Below are positions 40,474 through 49,129 of a stretch of DNA of 64,000 nt, one piece after another. The notes under the pieces were generated by a model. The model had not been told where the DNA came from. It saw only the letters and a list, made by a program, of their open reading frames with translations, and searched no databases. The position numbers and the translations under genes are program-made. The first letter of the stretch is position 1. Each line of letters opens with the position of its first letter. This stretch comes from Candidatus Poribacteria bacterium. GTDB taxonomy: Bacteria > Poribacteria > WGA-4E > PCPOR2b. The stretch spans positions 256,001-320,000 of the forward strand of contig OZ240245.1 in NCBI GenBank assembly GCA_965198175.1. Direction: 5' to 3'.

Positions 40474-41291
40474 GGTTCTGTTGACATTTGGTTATAAGGT
40501 TGGCATAATAGAAGAATGATGCCCATAACTTTACCTGACGACCAATGGAGAAAGATATACCCGTTTCTTCTAAGCTGTTCCAACATCTATGTCCGCAACG
40601 AAACTGCTACTCGACGATTCGTCGAAGCCCTTCTGTGGGTGACTCGTAGCGGTGCTCAATGGCGACTCTTGCCAACTGCCTATGGAAATTGGAACTCCAT
40701 TTACAAGCGGTTTAGTAACTGGTGTGACAAAGGAATCTTCTCACAGATGCACTGCTACTTTACCGCCGACCCAGATATGGAGTGGCTTATTATTGATACT
40801 ACCATTTGCCGGGCTCACCCATGCGCGGCTGGAGCCTCAAAAAAAACGGAGGTGCTGAAAACCAAGCGCTAGGACGCTCTCGGGGCGGCTTTAGCACAAA
40901 AATTCATATCACAGTTGACGCACTAGGTAATCCGCTTAGACTCCAGCTAACTCCCGGTCAGAGACACGACATAGCTGAAGCCGAAGCGTTGATAGTTGGC
41001 TATAACAGCGAGCATGTAATTGGAGACAAGGGATACGATTCGGACAGTTTTATCGACGTTATTGAAGCGAATGGAGCGACGGCGGTGATACCGCCTCGAC
41101 GTAATCGTGGCGCTCAAAGAACATATGACAAACATTTATACAAAGAGAGACACCTGGTTGAATGTTTTATCAACAAGATAAAATGGTATCGTCGTATCTT
41201 CTCTCGTTTCGAGAAGCTGGCTGTCCGCTATTTCGGATTTCTAAGTTTTGTCTCCACGCTTATCTGGCTCCGTTGAAATGTCAACAGAACC
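40474..41291 (+). mobile_element. IS5-family (IS427-like) insertion sequence, 818 bp
   Basis: 16-bp perfect TIR GGTTCTGTTGACATTT / AAATGTCAACAGAACC with TA on both flanks; two-ORF transposase. Confidence 0.93.
40516..41276 (+). CDS. IS5 transposase, two ORFs joined by a -1 frameshift at the A8 run (~40839)
   Basis: RSGAQWR.LP..YG.W.SIY.RF..W; LGRSRGG.STKIH; GDKGYDS; YKERH.VE.F..KIK..RRI..R.EK. Confidence 0.92.
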
Positions 41292-41324
41292 TAATACAGC
41301 ATTCAACAAAAAGCCAAAAGAATG

Positions 41325-41343
41325 TCACAATTTCGTAACATTT
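41325..41343 (+). promoter_or_regulatory. Pho-box-like 11-bp direct repeat (tGTCACAatttcGTAACA)
   Basis: The same context (aaaagccaaaaga.tgtcacaa.tt.gtaacat) recurs at ~45963-45995. Confidence 0.65.
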
Positions 41344-41430
41344 CTTGGCTATAATATGTCTTCCACAGTTGCGCCGATAATCCGCTATAGGACCTTAGGC
41401 GTTGCACAACCTGCTTAGCGAAAGATTAAC

Positions 41431-42117
41431 ATGGTATCGAAAATCCTTATTGTCGAAGACGAACCCGATATTGTTGAGCTGTTAGCGTACCACCTGAATC
41501 AAGCCGGGTTTGAGACGGAAGCAGTTTCCAACGGTAGGACTGCCCTTAACCAAATTAAAGCCAATCCTCCCGACCTGATCCTATTGGATCTATTGCCTCC
41601 CGAAGTCGATGGATTAGAAATCTGCCGATTGTTAAAACAGGATGCATCAACCGCAGATATTCCAGTTATCATATTGACAGCAAAAGGGGAAGAAATCGAT
41701 CGGATTGTTGGGTTCGAATTGGGAGTTGATGATTATATTTCGAAGCCTTTTAGCTCACGGTAGGTCGTATTGAGAGCCCGGGCAGTACTACGTCGCCCTG
41801 CAGACACAAAACCTTCTAAACCCTCAGAAATAGTTGAGATCCACGGCTTGAAGATTGACCTGGACAAACATCAGGTATTCGGCGAGGACGGGGCGATTTT
41901 ACTGACTGCTACAGAATTTAAGCTGCTTAGCTTATTCGCGCGTTGTACTGGACGGGTTTTCACGCGCAACATTTTGATGGATGCGGTTTGGAAAGAGGAG
42001 TATTGCAGCATTGATCGTACTGTGGATACTCACATAAGTCGCCTGCGGCGTAAACTAGGACGATTTGGAGGGCTGATTGAGACGGTACGCGGCATCGGCT
42101 ACCGCTTCAAGGAGTAG
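41431..42117 (+). pseudogene. phoB: PhoB/OmpR-family response regulator with in-frame TAG at 41761-41763
   Basis: Receiver and winged-helix halves are in the same frame: KPFSSR*VVLRARAVLRR, where the family has KPFSPRE. Confidence 0.8.
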
Positions 42118-42248
42118 GAAGAAAAAAATTGTATGCACGGTTTGGTGTTTAACGAGGTTAACACTCGTTCGGCAATCATGAAAGAGATTCTCGGCCCGGC
42201 AACGCAGCCTGGATTCAAGACCCAACATATTTGTAGCGAAACGGTTTA

Positions 42249-42410
42249 GGTTCCGTTGACATTCAAGCGGGGTTCGTGTTAGAATTGCAGTATTATCTAT
42301 AAGCTTACCCGATGAACAATGGAAAATAACTTCACCGTTTCTTCTCAGTCACCCGATTCTTTGTGTTGCAAATCAACCTTATCCAGCTCCGTTGGAATGT
42401 CAACACAACC
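42249..42410 (+). mobile_element. 162-bp MITE-like internal deletion derivative of an IS5 element
   Basis: Ends GGTTCCGTTGACATTC / GAATGTCAACACAACC; interior matches the 5' and 3' ends of the transposase at 40516 and 41230. Confidence 0.85.
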
Positions 42411-42447
42411 CAGTTGCTAAACTTCATCTATTTAAGGAATCTAAAAC

Positions 42448-43644
42448 ATGAAAAAGTTCGTTGCGCTATCTGTACTCTTCGTATGGTTTGTTGGCATCGG
42501 CTGTCAACAAAAACAGCAAGTCGACCATCTCAAAGCCGGACGTGGGAAACTGCTTAATGCCGGACTTGCACTTGAAGCCGTGGAACCTCTAAAAATCGCA
42601 GAAACAGAAGAATACGACAAAACTGAACCGCGAACCCTATTAATCCTCGCTTACTCGCACGGACTATCTACCGGTAGCGCTCAATTACATGGATTGGAAT
42701 CGGAGTTCAATCTTGAACGCAAGCAAAGACTCGAAGCGCTCGGCGATGCGGAGATGGAACGCCTCCTTAACCTCTTGGTTCGACGCTCCCGTGTGCAGAA
42801 AGATGCAATGCAAGTCTTAATTGACAAAGGCGCTAGCGCAGTCCCTTTACTTATCGGTGCTCTGGGCAAGGTCGAGTATCAAAATATCCGAGGCGATATC
42901 ATAGAGATGCTGTATACTATCGGGCCTGATACGCTCAATCTGATAATAGCTGCGATTGGCAATCCCAATACATCGGCGCCAGTGAAGATTTCGCTTGTTC
43001 GGTTGATTGGAAGGATAGGCGAGGTTCAGGTCATTTCTGATGTGGAGGCGCTCGGTGAGGGTATGACCGATGCCGGCTTGAAGATGGAAATCAACGCAGC
43101 GCTCTATAAACTAGGTCGGAGCGATTACAAGTCAGAGATTCTGAAGGGGTTAAGAGTTAGCGATGTGAATGTGCGTCGTGCTGCTGCGAAGGCGATAATC
43201 GATTTTGAGGATTATTCTGGGTCAGATGTCATCATAGCGCTTCAAGATACGGACGATCGGGTTCGAGAATATGTTTCGCAAGTGCTGCAAAAACGGCCGG
43301 ATAAGGGTGCGGTCCAGCCGCTTGTAGAAGTATTGAAGAGCGGTGCAGATAACGTTGCGAAACGAGCAGCGTTAGAGGCGTTGAAGGTACATGCGGCGCG
43401 GGGGTTGGCGAGGAAGTTGGCTGTTGATTTAATCAGGAAGGAGTTGTTAGGCGGGAAAATCAGTGATGCTGAGAATCGGCTTCGCATTGTCCAATTGTTG
43501 AGAGAAGAGGAGTTAGTACGTCAGATTGAGGCTGCGCCTGTGGAGTTACAATTGAAATATGACCTCGACCAATATCGGCAACACAAGGAAGAGCATGGGC
43601 TAGTGAAGCGTGAGTTGGGACGGCTGCTTGAGGTATTGAGGTAA
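42448..43644 (+). CDS. HEAT-repeat lipoprotein
   Basis: Lipobox VGIGC; D..VR.AAA.A and AV.PL..L HEAT patterns. Confidence 0.8.
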   Translation: MKKFVALSVLFVWFVGIGCQQKQQVDHLKAGRGKLLNAGLALEAVEPLKIAETEEYDKTEPRTLLILAYSHGLSTGSAQLHGLESEFNLERKQRLEALGDAEMERLLNLLVRRSRVQKDAMQVLIDKGASAVPLLIGALGKVEYQNIRGDIIEMLYTIGPDTLNLIIAAIGNPNTSAPVKISLVRLIGRIGEVQVISDVEALGEGMTDAGLKMEINAALYKLGRSDYKSEILKGLRVSDVNVRRAAAKAIIDFEDYSGSDVIIALQDTDDRVREYVSQVLQKRPDKGAVQPLVEVLKSGADNVAKRAALEALKVHAARGLARKLAVDLIRKELLGGKISDAENRLRIVQLLREEELVRQIEAAPVELQLKYDLDQYRQHKEEHGLVKRELGRLLEVLR

Positions 43645-43760
43645 GCGTCGCTCGGTGTTGCATCAAAAGAAGCTGATGTTACTTGCCGTCTACGCAAGCT
43701 TGCCGGCTGAATCAGGATGGAGGAAAGGTACCTAAAGGGATTCGCAAGTAAAATAGAACA

Positions 43761-43795
43761 AGTCCGGTGGGAGAAATTCTCGTCGGGCTTTTTTT
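43761..43795 (+). terminator. Rho-independent terminator
   Basis: agtccggtgggag/tctcgtcgggct stem followed by T7. Confidence 0.75.
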
Positions 43796-44065
43796 GTACC
43801 TATGCTCTGGTACTTGCATTCGCCACAAAATCGTGACGGAATTCCCATCAGTTTATCGCCTAATCTTAAAACCATTGAGATATTCAAAGCTTAACATCAA
43901 CTTCAGAACTTTAACATGGGATGACCGATCATAGGGCAAACACCTTGACGCCGGCAGACATGGCTTAAAGCCTACTAGACAAAAGGCGTCTTAAATACAG
44001 CGCAATCGCTGTGCTAAGACGCTCTAGTCTAAGGAGTATACTCACTCCAAAAAGGAAGAGAAGCA

Positions 44066-45796
44066 ATGAAACGTCCAAGAACAATATCGAGGCGCGGTTT
44101 CCTGCAGCAAACCTCTGGTGCGATTGCGATTGGTTTTGCAGGATTACACACACTTTTTGCTAATTCCGCGTCCGGAAAGGGCTCAAGTGGTTTCATCGTA
44201 GATCGCTATGGCGATCTCATTCCGGATCCCAACGGAATACTTGACCTGCCCCCGGAATTTGCCTATCGGGTTTTCTCCAGGACGGGCGACCTCATGGATG
44301 ATGGCCTGCTGGCACCAGGTAATCACGATGGTATGGCTGCCTATCCAGGGCAAGGCGGAAAGACGATTCTCGTCCGCAACCACGAGTTAAGCGCAAACGA
44401 GATTGACAAAAGCTCATTCGGCACAGGAAATGAACTCGTCAGCCAAGTGCCCCGCGAAAAAATGTACGACCCGGGGCTTCCAGACATTGGCGGCACCACG
44501 ACGCTGATTTATGACACTCGAACCGGTACACTAGAAAGCCATTATTTGAGCCTAGCGGGTACAATGCGGAATTGCGCCGGGGGACCGACTCCCTGGAATA
44601 GTTGGGTTACTTGTGAGGAAACCGTCCAGAGAGCAGTAGACGGTCATAAGAAAGACCACGGTTATAATTTTGATGTTCCTGCCGACGCGACTACTGGCTT
44701 AGTAGATCCCGTCCCCTTGATAGACATGGGGCGTCTCTATCATGAGGCGATAGCCGTAGATCCTAAAAGCTGGATTGTCTACCAAACGGAAGACCGAAGT
44801 GATGGACTTATCTATCGTTTCATTCCAAATCAGCCCGCAAACCTTGTAGCAGGCGGTCGTCTTCAGGCAATGGCAATTAGAGATATGCCAAGTGTGGACA
44901 CTAGGAATTGGGAGAATCAGATGATCCACGTTGGACAGACCATAGACGTCACGTGGATTGATATCAATAATGTCGAATCTCCAGAGGACGATTTACGCTA
45001 CCAGGGGTTTTCAAACGGTGCAGCGATGTTTGCCCGGGGCGAGGGTATGTGGTACGGCAACGGCGCAATTTACTTCGCGTGCACGAACGGTGGAGCCACA
45101 AGGACGGGACAAATTTGGCGCTATATTCCCAGCCAGTTTGAAGGAACAACAGCAGAAAATATTAACCCCGGTCAGCTTGACCTATTCATCGAGCCCAACA
45201 ACAGCGATCTTTTGGAAAATGCTGACAATGTCACCGTCGCGCCGTGGGGCGATTTGATTCTGTGTGAAGATGGAAACGGTGTACAGTTCCTGGTGGGTGT
45301 AACACCAGAAGGCAATCTTTATAAATTCGGAAAGAACTCGCTTAACGATTCGGAATTTGCAGGAGTTACCTTCTCGCCGGATGGTACGACCCTGTTCGTC
45401 AACATCCAAATTCCCGGTCTGACGCTCGCCATCACGGGACCTTTTCAACCGGTGCCGACTTCAGGTGAGTCTAGTCAGAAACTAGTCACAACGTTCGGTC
45501 AAATTAAGCGTGCTGAGTTGTTCCAAAACTACCCCAACCCCTTCAGCTCAGAAACATGGATTCCCTTTAAGTTAGCAGAGGCAACCCACATAAGAATAGA
45601 CATCTTTAGCTCATCGGGCAGCCTTGTAAGGCGATTAGATCTGGGATATCTACCCGCCGGCGATTATCGTCACCGATCTAAGGCAGCGTATTGGGATGGT
45701 CGGGACAGCTACGGAGAAAGAGTGTCAAGCGGCTCCTATTTTCTTCAGATGCACGCCGGCGATTATACAGGGAGGAAAAATCTAGTAGTGCAGTAG
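44066..45796 (+). CDS. phoX: PhoX (DUF839) alkaline phosphatase with Tat signal and C-terminal FlgD/T9SS-like domain
   Basis: SRRGFL Tat motif; HDGM, RNHE, NCAGG.TPW..W.TCEE, MGR..HEA, TED, RGEG, DN, CED, EFAG..FSPDG..LFVNIQ. Confidence 0.9.
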   Translation: MKRPRTISRRGFLQQTSGAIAIGFAGLHTLFANSASGKGSSGFIVDRYGDLIPDPNGILDLPPEFAYRVFSRTGDLMDDGLLAPGNHDGMAAYPGQGGKTILVRNHELSANEIDKSSFGTGNELVSQVPREKMYDPGLPDIGGTTTLIYDTRTGTLESHYLSLAGTMRNCAGGPTPWNSWVTCEETVQRAVDGHKKDHGYNFDVPADATTGLVDPVPLIDMGRLYHEAIAVDPKSWIVYQTEDRSDGLIYRFIPNQPANLVAGGRLQAMAIRDMPSVDTRNWENQMIHVGQTIDVTWIDINNVESPEDDLRYQGFSNGAAMFARGEGMWYGNGAIYFACTNGGATRTGQIWRYIPSQFEGTTAENINPGQLDLFIEPNNSDLLENADNVTVAPWGDLILCEDGNGVQFLVGVTPEGNLYKFGKNSLNDSEFAGVTFSPDGTTLFVNIQIPGLTLAITGPFQPVPTSGESSQKLVTTFGQIKRAELFQNYPNPFSSETWIPFKLAEATHIRIDIFSSSGSLVRRLDLGYLPAGDYRHRSKAAYWDGRDSYGERVSSGSYFLQMHAGDYTGRKNLVVQ

Positions 45797-45962
45797 TAGT
45801 GTCCAATGCTCGTCACAAAATCGTTGTAAAATCTCCATCGCTTTGTTGCAATCTCTTCATATTACTGTGACAATCAAACGGTAGAATGAATCAAAAGAAC
45901 CGAAATATGGCTCACATTAGATTTTAAAGCTAACACTAGCGGACATCTCTTAGATGCCATAA

Positions 45963-45995
45963 AAAAGCCAAAAGATTGTCACAAGTTTGTAACAT
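45963..45995 (+). promoter_or_regulatory. Pho-box-like direct repeat upstream of porin
   Basis: tGTCACAagtttGTAACA, near-identical to the phoB upstream site. Confidence 0.65.
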
Positions 45996-46341
45996 CCCTG
46001 AGTTAGTATTATGCTCGATTGAGTTTGTCATTCCCCAGTTCAATCAACAAGCACCAAAGATTTCCCGGAAGCTCTGACAATGTCCCTATCATCGTCCACA
46101 AGTTTCAACACAGAGACAACCGGTGAAAATGTCTTGGATTATCCAGGCGGGAGTTCGGTATCGTACAGGTCGAACATTTTCTTTCTGGATATCTCAGGGC
46201 GCTGTCTAACACAAGGTTCACCCCTAAAACAGACTTCTCGTTTTCATTGTCAAATCCCATCAGGAACATCGCAGCTTGCAGCCTCTCGTTCATTTTCTTT
46301 TTTTCTTGCAACAGTTTCTAAAGTGTGCTAAAGTAAAGGAA

Positions 46342-47418
46342 ATGATGCACTTACCTTCCCCCATCGTGGCTGGTTTAGAATCACATTTTTGGCGGGGCGC
46401 AAGCCTTTTGCTGTTACTTCTGCTCGGTTGGCACTCAGTTGCGTGGGCTGATAACTTTAGCGGCTATTTCTTTGGTGATTACTACTATGTCGCTAAATCT
46501 CACGATCCAGCCCTTGACGATCGAAGTGGATTCCAGTACCGCCGCATCTATTTTACCTACGACAGAGCGCTGTCGGATGAGCTGTCCACTCGGCTTCGGC
46601 TTGAGATGAATAGTCCCTCCTTTCCCACCGCCTTCAAGGAAAAAAAACGTTTAGAACCGTTTGTCAAACACGGTTATCTCAAATGGAAAAATCCTGCATG
46701 GCGAACTACGACCTACTTTGGTCTTGCTGGAACTCCGACGTGGGCTAATATCGAAAAGGTATGGGGTTATCGCGCTGTTGCGAAGACCTTGCTGGATTTA
46801 CAAAAGCTGGCGAGCAGCACCGACTTCGGCGTCGCAATTAAAGGGGACGTTGATGCAGGAAAGAAACTCAGTTACCATCTCATGATTGCGAATGGCATGG
46901 GTACCAGTGGAGAGATTGACCATAACAAGAAAGTCTATCTCTCTATGGCAGCTAGACCTATCAACAGCGTAGTTGCAGAGGCTTACGTGGATGTTGGGGA
47001 TTCCGAAGGCGGTCACAATCAGCGTACGCTGCAAGGCTTTCTAGGTTATCGGCGAGACATATTCCGACTTGGAGCACAGGCTGCCTATCAGAACCGTGAA
47101 CAGGACGATAACGCAGATAATCTGGAACTTTTTGGAATATCGGTGTTCACCGCAACGCAGATTGTTGCAAAGAAGGTATGGGGATTTGCACGATTTGATA
47201 GGATGTTCTCAGCAAAACCTGACGCTGAAAGGATATCCTATACTCCTTATAGCAATACGGCAAAATCGAATACGATTATCATCGGGTTTGATTGGAAAGT
47301 AATCAAAGACCTTAATATTATCCCGAATCTATTCCTTGTTTTCTACGATCAAGCCGACACCGGCGATAAACCAGACACAGATATTATGCCGCGTTTGACA
47401 GCTTATTTCAGGTTTTAA
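46342..47418 (+). CDS. Outer-membrane beta-barrel porin (possibly phosphate-selective)
   Basis: Signal peptide, FQYRRIYFTY, alternating beta strands, C-terminal YFRF; Pho context. Confidence 0.75.
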   Translation: MMHLPSPIVAGLESHFWRGASLLLLLLLGWHSVAWADNFSGYFFGDYYYVAKSHDPALDDRSGFQYRRIYFTYDRALSDELSTRLRLEMNSPSFPTAFKEKKRLEPFVKHGYLKWKNPAWRTTTYFGLAGTPTWANIEKVWGYRAVAKTLLDLQKLASSTDFGVAIKGDVDAGKKLSYHLMIANGMGTSGEIDHNKKVYLSMAARPINSVVAEAYVDVGDSEGGHNQRTLQGFLGYRRDIFRLGAQAAYQNREQDDNADNLELFGISVFTATQIVAKKVWGFARFDRMFSAKPDAERISYTPYSNTAKSNTIIIGFDWKVIKDLNIIPNLFLVFYDQADTGDKPDTDIMPRLTAYFRF

Positions 47419-47473
47419 CCCCAACGGAATTAGTAAGCACACTAGAGCTATCATAGGAACAAGTAGGGCTGAT

Positions 47474-47647
47474 ATACAATCTCATTTGGAAGAAAGTTTG
47501 CTGCCAGACATCGACCTGATTCGCAGTCAGGGCATGGACATGAGCAGGTTGGTAGAGCGTGGGATAATGAGTAGTGCGGATGCGATGCGCAACGGAAATC
47601 GCCAGTTGGCTTACGCAGTTTCACCAAAAAAGCCGGCATTCTGTTAA
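47474..47647 (+). pseudogene. phoU: 5' fragment of a PhoU-like gene (start appears mutated to ATA)
   Basis: Translates (I)QSHLEESLLPDIDLIRSQGMDMSRLVERGIMSSADAMRNGNRQLAYAV, resembling PhoU N-termini as recalled. Confidence 0.55.
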
Positions 47648-48996
47648 TGGCAAATCATCTTTATGATCTCATCATTATCGGTGCGGGACCGGGCGGTTAT
47701 ATTGCGGCGGAGCGGGCTGGCGCTAAAGGCAAGAAAGTTCTGCTAATCGAAAAAGCCGATCTCGGCGGTGTTTGCTTAAATGAAGGATGTATTCCGAGTA
47801 AAACGCTGCTCTATTCCGCAAAGCTGTTCGCGCAAGCGTGCAACTCCCAAGCGTACGGTGTTACCGTTGAGAACCCGCGTTTCAACCTAGCGGATGCGAT
47901 GGCGCATAAAGGTGAAGTTATTAAGAAACTGCGGGATGGGGTCGCGTTTCAGATAAAGCAACATCGGGTCGAATTACTTCACGGTCAGGCCCGCTTTGTA
48001 AATCGCAATACAGTTCAAGCCAACGGCAAGCAATACCAAGGGGAGAATATAATCATTGCGACGGGGTCTTCGCCCGCTCGTTTGCCCATTCCCGGTGCAG
48101 ATGGGGCGCACGCGCTCACCAGCACGGAAATCCTCGAAATTGAAAATTTACCAGAAAATTTAGTCATTATCGGCGGTGGTGTCATCGGCTGTGAGTTTGC
48201 TTCGTTCTTCTCCAACGTGGGCGTGAACGTATCGGTCGTTGAGATGTTACCAGAAATAATCCCGACCCTAGACCAGGAATTTGCGCGGATGCTTCGGAAG
48301 TCGATGAAAGATGTAGATTTCCATCTTAGCAGCACTGTGGAGTCTATCGGCGAAGATAGCGTAACCTATTGTCAAAATGGAGAGTTCACAACGATTCCCT
48401 GCGATCTTGTCCTGATGTCCGTCGGCAGAAAGCCGAATCTAGAAGGCTTGGGGTTGGAAGAGATTGGGGTTGACCACAATAGTCACGGCGTTAAAGTCAA
48501 TGACTTCATGCAGACCAACATTCCCCGTATCTACGCCATCGGCGATGTTACGGGCAAATCTATGTTGGCTCATGCCGCTTCGCGCATGGGGGAGGTAGCA
48601 GTTAGACACATTGTCAGTGAATGGGATGTTATGCGATACCACGCGGTGCCCTGCGTGGTTTATACTTCTCCAGAAGTCGCTTGGGTTGGACTGGCAGAAG
48701 CGGAGGCTAAGGAAAAAGGCGTCGCCGTGAAATGTGCGAAGTTACCGATGAGCGCAAACGGTCGCTTTCTAGCAGAAAATCCGGGGAAGCGCGGTTTATG
48801 TAAGGTCGTGGTAGATACCAAAACCCATGTGCTGCTTGGTGTGCAAATGATCGGCTCTACCTGTTCCGAGATCATCTATGGCGCCGCAGCGATGATTGAA
48901 GATGAGTTCAGGGTTCAAGATATTCAAGAGGTCATTTTTCCACATCCGACGGTGTCGGAAATTTTCAAAGATGCCTTTACAGCAATGCACTCCTAA
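47647..48996 (+). CDS. lpdA: Dihydrolipoyl dehydrogenase (E3)
   Basis: GAGPGGY, GGVCLNEGCIPSK, GGGVIG.E, IYAIGDV, HPTVSE. Confidence 0.95.
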   Translation: MANHLYDLIIIGAGPGGYIAAERAGAKGKKVLLIEKADLGGVCLNEGCIPSKTLLYSAKLFAQACNSQAYGVTVENPRFNLADAMAHKGEVIKKLRDGVAFQIKQHRVELLHGQARFVNRNTVQANGKQYQGENIIIATGSSPARLPIPGADGAHALTSTEILEIENLPENLVIIGGGVIGCEFASFFSNVGVNVSVVEMLPEIIPTLDQEFARMLRKSMKDVDFHLSSTVESIGEDSVTYCQNGEFTTIPCDLVLMSVGRKPNLEGLGLEEIGVDHNSHGVKVNDFMQTNIPRIYAIGDVTGKSMLAHAASRMGEVAVRHIVSEWDVMRYHAVPCVVYTSPEVAWVGLAEAEAKEKGVAVKCAKLPMSANGRFLAENPGKRGLCKVVVDTKTHVLLGVQMIGSTCSEIIYGAAAMIEDEFRVQDIQEVIFPHPTVSEIFKDAFTAMHS

Positions 48997-49129
48997 AAAC
49001 CGATATTTGCCCGTCCTGAAGCCGGAGAACTTATCACGCAGCTTGACTTTGTTATCGAAGCGTTAGCTGACTGAGGCGCATCCATGTCGTGTCACGACAG
49101 TACCACAAGGAGAAGGAGTCGAAAAGGGA

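Noticed and set aside
41761..41763. Programmed TAG readthrough (pyrrolysine or recoding) in phoB
   Set aside because: TAG is a normal stop in many genes here, and neighbouring decay supports a simple GAG-to-TAG mutation.
43930..43985. c-di-GMP-I riboswitch (GGGCAAAC)
   Set aside because: The GNRA stem and GACGCAAAG core are missing.
46020..46331. Short ORFs or a possible decayed HEAT-like remnant on the minus strand before the porin
   Set aside because: Similarity is too weak and fragmented to support a call.
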